Source: Patescibacteria group bacterium (GTDB taxonomy: Bacteria > Patescibacteriota > Minisyncoccia > UBA6257 > 2-01-FULL-56-20). Taken from it: 44,522 nucleotides of DNA. The position numbers and the translations under genes were made by a program. This document shows, piece after piece, positions 42,028 through 44,522 of the stretch. How positions within the stretch are numbered: position 1 is the stretch's first letter; each line of letters begins with the position of its first letter. The DNA lies in NCBI GenBank assembly GCA_038057515.1, contig JBBUDB010000017.1, forward strand, positions 1-44,522, given 5' to 3'. A model generated the notes under the pieces. It worked only from the letters and a program-made list of their open reading frames with translations. It was not told where the DNA came from and made no database searches.

Positions 42028-42936
42028 ATGACCGCCCCGAATCTTTATACGCAATCCGGTTCGAACATCCGCCGCACGTGGGCGCTCTTTACTTTTTTCT
42101 TTGCCGTCGTCATAGGTGTCGGCTGGGTCTTCTCGCGGGTCTACGGCGACCCTGGCATTCTCGTTATCGCCGTGGGTTTCAGCACCATCACGAGCTTTAT
42201 AAGCTACTGGTGGTCCGATAGCATCGTGCTTCGGATGGCGAATGCGCGGGCCATCGCGATGAAAGACAACCCCGAGCTCTATCGCATCGTCGAGAACCTC
42301 GCCATCACTGCGGGGCTACCCATGCCGCGCATTTACATCATTCCCGAACGACAACTCAATGCTTTTGCGACCGGCCGAAATCCGGAGCACGCTGTTGTGG
42401 CAGTTACCGAAGGCCTATTAGCCAAACTCGACCGTTCGGAGCTTGAGGGCGTCTTGGCGCACGAACTTTCCCATGTCGGTAACCGTGACATTCTCGTTTC
42501 GACCGTAGCCGTGGTCCTCGTCGGTTTCATCTCTCTTATTTCCGATATGTTCATGCGTTCCATGATGTGGGGCGGGCGGCGAAGCAACGATCGTGAAAGC
42601 GGAAACGGGGTGATGCTCCTTATCGCCATCGCTTTCGCCATTTTCGCGCCCATTTCGGCGACTCTCATCCAGCTTGCTATTTCACGGCGGCGTGAATCTT
42701 TGGCCGACAGCTCCGGCGCGCTCCTCACGCGCTACCCCGAGGGGCTCGCCAAAGCCCTCGAAAAGATCGCCGCCGATGTCGTGCCCATGGCCACGGCCAA
42801 GAACACCACCTCGCACCTTTGGATAGACGATCCCTTCACGGGCGACAATCGCAAGTCGTGGTGGCACAGATTGTTCATGACCCATCCGCCCATCGAAGAA
42901 AGAATTGCCGCCTTGCGGGGTATGCAAGTTAAATGA
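42028..42936 (+). CDS. htpX: M48 zinc metalloprotease HtpX
   Basis: HELSHV zinc motif, four TM segments, ESLADS, C-terminal HPPIEERI. Confidence 0.9.
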   Translation: MTAPNLYTQSGSNIRRTWALFTFFFAVVIGVGWVFSRVYGDPGILVIAVGFSTITSFISYWWSDSIVLRMANARAIAMKDNPELYRIVENLAITAGLPMPRIYIIPERQLNAFATGRNPEHAVVAVTEGLLAKLDRSELEGVLAHELSHVGNRDILVSTVAVVLVGFISLISDMFMRSMMWGGRRSNDRESGNGVMLLIAIAFAIFAPISATLIQLAISRRRESLADSSGALLTRYPEGLAKALEKIAADVVPMATAKNTTSHLWIDDPFTGDNRKSWWHRLFMTHPPIEERIAALRGMQVK

Positions 42937-43586
42937 TCATGAAAATTCTTATTGGCACCAAAAATCAGGCCAAGGCGCGGGAGATGAAGGAGATCTTGGG
43001 CGAGGAGTTCGAAATAGTTTCTCTTGCCGATCTACCGAACGCGCCGGATGTCGAAGAGTCGGGGAGGACCTTTGAAGAAAACGCCAAGCTGAAGGCCGAG
43101 GCGTATCACGATTTTTCGGGCCTACCGACGATCGCTGATGACGGCGGTTTCGAAATCGATGTTTTGGGCGGCGAACCAGGCGTTTTGAGCCGTCGCTGGC
43201 CTTCTATGGCCGAAGTTATCGAGGGCAAACCATGGCGTGAAGCGACCGACGAAGAGCTTGTAGAGATGACGCTCGAAAAACTTTCCGGCATGCCGAGAGA
43301 CCTGCGTTCGGCTCATCTCACGACCGTGGTTGCCTTTTTTGATGGCACGCGGATGCTGACCGCGCGCGAGAGCGTTGATGGTTTCGTTGCCAATAAGGCC
43401 GCGCCGATCAAGGAGAAGGGATTTCCGTTCCGGGCGCTTTTTCTTTTGCCGCAATTCGGAAAGCTGTATCAGGATCTCACCCCCGATGAGCACAAGGAAG
43501 TGAATCATCGGCGGCGCGCCTGGTTGAGGTTGCGAGAGATGATCAAAGCGCCGGCGGCGAAATCCGTCGAGGGTGCCACAGTATGA
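42933..43586 (+). CDS. rdgB: non-canonical purine NTP pyrophosphatase (RdgB/HAM1)
   Basis: ILIGTKNQAKAREM, EESGRTFEENAKLKA, IADDGGFEIDVLGGEPGV. Confidence 0.8.
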   Translation: MIMKILIGTKNQAKAREMKEILGEEFEIVSLADLPNAPDVEESGRTFEENAKLKAEAYHDFSGLPTIADDGGFEIDVLGGEPGVLSRRWPSMAEVIEGKPWREATDEELVEMTLEKLSGMPRDLRSAHLTTVVAFFDGTRMLTARESVDGFVANKAAPIKEKGFPFRALFLLPQFGKLYQDLTPDEHKEVNHRRRAWLRLREMIKAPAAKSVEGATV

Positions 43587-44275
43587 GGCCATCCGCTTCG
43601 AAAACCATCGTTATCGCTTTCGGCGGTTCCATTCTCCACCCCGACGAAATAGACGTTTTATTCTTGAAGCAATTTGCCAAGTTCGTGCGCGGTGCCGCCC
43701 GTCGCGGTCGTCGCCTCGTGCTTGTCGTCGGCGGCGGGCGACTCTCGCGCCGCTTTCAGGATGCCGCCGGACGGGTGGCTCGCCTCACGAACGAAGATAA
43801 AGATTGGATCGGTATTCATGCCACGCGCCTTCACGCTCATCTTCTGCGCACCGTTTTCCGCGATATCGCCGACCCGGTGGTGATAGACAAGCGGCACCGT
43901 CTCAAAAAACTGACCCATCCGGTCACTATCGCTTCCGGCTGGCGGCCGGGCTGGTCCACCGATTACGTGGCCACCGCGCTCGCGAAGGACTTCGGCGCCC
44001 GCGAGTTCATCGTGGCCGGAAAGCCGGCGCACGTGTACGACAAAGACCCGGAAAAACACACGGACTCCAGGCCGCTCAAAGAGATTTCCTGGGCCCACTA
44101 TCGCAAGCTCATCCCGGCCAAATGGGCGCCCGGCTCCCATGCGCCGGTCGACCCGGTGGCCGCGCGCCTGGCGCACGGAGCGCATCTTGCCGCCATCATT
44201 ATAAATGGCAAGGACCTCAAGAATTTCGCGCGCCTACTCGAGGGAAAGCCGTTTGTCGGAACGACTATCAAATAA
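43583..44275 (+). CDS. pyrH: amino-acid-kinase fold protein, archaeal-type UMP kinase-like
   Basis: IVIAFGGS, VVGGGRLSR, GWRPGWSTDYVA, HVYDKDP. Short form (230 aa) without the bacterial KRVLLKLSGE start. Confidence 0.55.
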   Translation: MRPSASKTIVIAFGGSILHPDEIDVLFLKQFAKFVRGAARRGRRLVLVVGGGRLSRRFQDAAGRVARLTNEDKDWIGIHATRLHAHLLRTVFRDIADPVVIDKRHRLKKLTHPVTIASGWRPGWSTDYVATALAKDFGAREFIVAGKPAHVYDKDPEKHTDSRPLKEISWAHYRKLIPAKWAPGSHAPVDPVAARLAHGAHLAAIIINGKDLKNFARLLEGKPFVGTTIK

Positions 44276-44337
44276 TATCGCCATCGTTGGACAGGCGAGT
44301 GGCGCGGATGGTATCGTGGTTTCGTAAAACCAGCGCT

Positions 44338-44422
44338 GGAGGGGTCGCATAGCGGTCTAGTGCGCACGCTTGGAAAGCGTGTGTGTCGAAAGGCACCGAG
44401 GGTTCGAATCCCTCCCCCTCCG
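44338..44422 (+). tRNA. tRNA-Ser (anticodon GGA)
   Basis: Hand-folded. Acceptor GGAGGGG/CCCCTCC. Anticodon stem CACGC/GCGTG with loop TTGGAAA. Long variable arm GTGTC-GAAA-GGCAC. T arm GAGGG-TTCGAAT-CCCTC. Discriminator G. No encoded CCA. Confidence 0.85.
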
Positions 44423-44471
44423 CATTACCAAAGAACGATGCCCCTTGTGGGTATCGTTCTTTGGTAATGCG
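44421..44471 (+). other. very long hairpin immediately after the tRNA
   Basis: CGCATTACCAAAGAACGAT (44421-44439) is the exact reverse complement of 44453-44471, with further pairs extending into the loop. No U-tail. AT-rich sequence follows. Confidence 0.6.
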
Positions 44472-44522
44472 GTATTCATTGTACAAAGTTCGAATGTATT
44501 TTGCTGATAATCCTGATGCCGA

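Noticed and set aside
44268-44486. A 72-aa minus-strand ORF at the window end.
   Set aside because: It overlaps the whole tRNA-Ser gene and its downstream hairpin.
1-44522. CRISPR arrays, transposases, integrases, toxin-antitoxin or other defence systems.
   Set aside because: No regularly spaced direct repeats were seen; only two-copy tandem 7-8-mers and palindromes. No nuclease, ATPase, recombinase or transposase motifs were seen in any listed ORF.

Overview
The window is GC-rich (about 60%) and densely coded. It looks bacterial, possibly Patescibacteria/CPR-like, but that is only a guess from gene content. All product calls rest on motif recognition in the ORF translations; no database search was run.

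Layout:
- 308-1834: RNase Y.
- About 1.85-34.9 kb: one very large surface-glycan locus. It holds two Wzy_C-type membrane proteins, a Wzx-type flippase, a WbaP-type initiating transferase, at least 7 glycosyltransferases (two CgeB-like, four GT2, one methyltransferase-GT4 fusion), and an unusually rich GDP-sugar toolbox.
- The toolbox includes Gmd, a GDP-mannose 3,5-epimerase-like enzyme, Fcl, a Gmm-like and a NudK-like Nudix, and two IMPase-family phosphatases. It also has a full GmhA/HddA-like/GmhB/nucleotidyltransferase GDP-heptose route with methyltransferase, RmlC-like, SDR and Fcl-like tailoring enzymes, a split transketolase and an aldo-keto reductase.
- The locus is closed by a divergent DedA/PAP2 pair.
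- 35-43 kb: a redox and proteostasis island with a DsbA-like protein, a zinc ribbon, an SPW protein, a glutaredoxin-like protein, TrxB, CIRCE-controlled groES-groEL, LemA and HtpX.
- After that: RdgB, an archaeal-type UMP kinase and tRNA-Ser(GGA).

Most interesting points:
- A Campylobacter-capsule-like modified-heptose module.
- A Nudix-IMPase-GME (plus AKR) set resembling the front half of the plant L-galactose pathway.
- A split transketolase inside the glycan operon.
- Two small families of intergenic palindromic repeats, one fused to the -35 boxes of the dsbA-like and groES promoters.
- A shared CTCTAG-tandem leader motif.
- A recurrent leaderless promoter architecture.
- A methyltransferase interrupted by an in-frame TAA.
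- An unlisted 57-aa membrane ORF with a perfect Shine-Dalgarno (SD) sequence.

No CRISPR array, transposase or recognisable defence system was seen.
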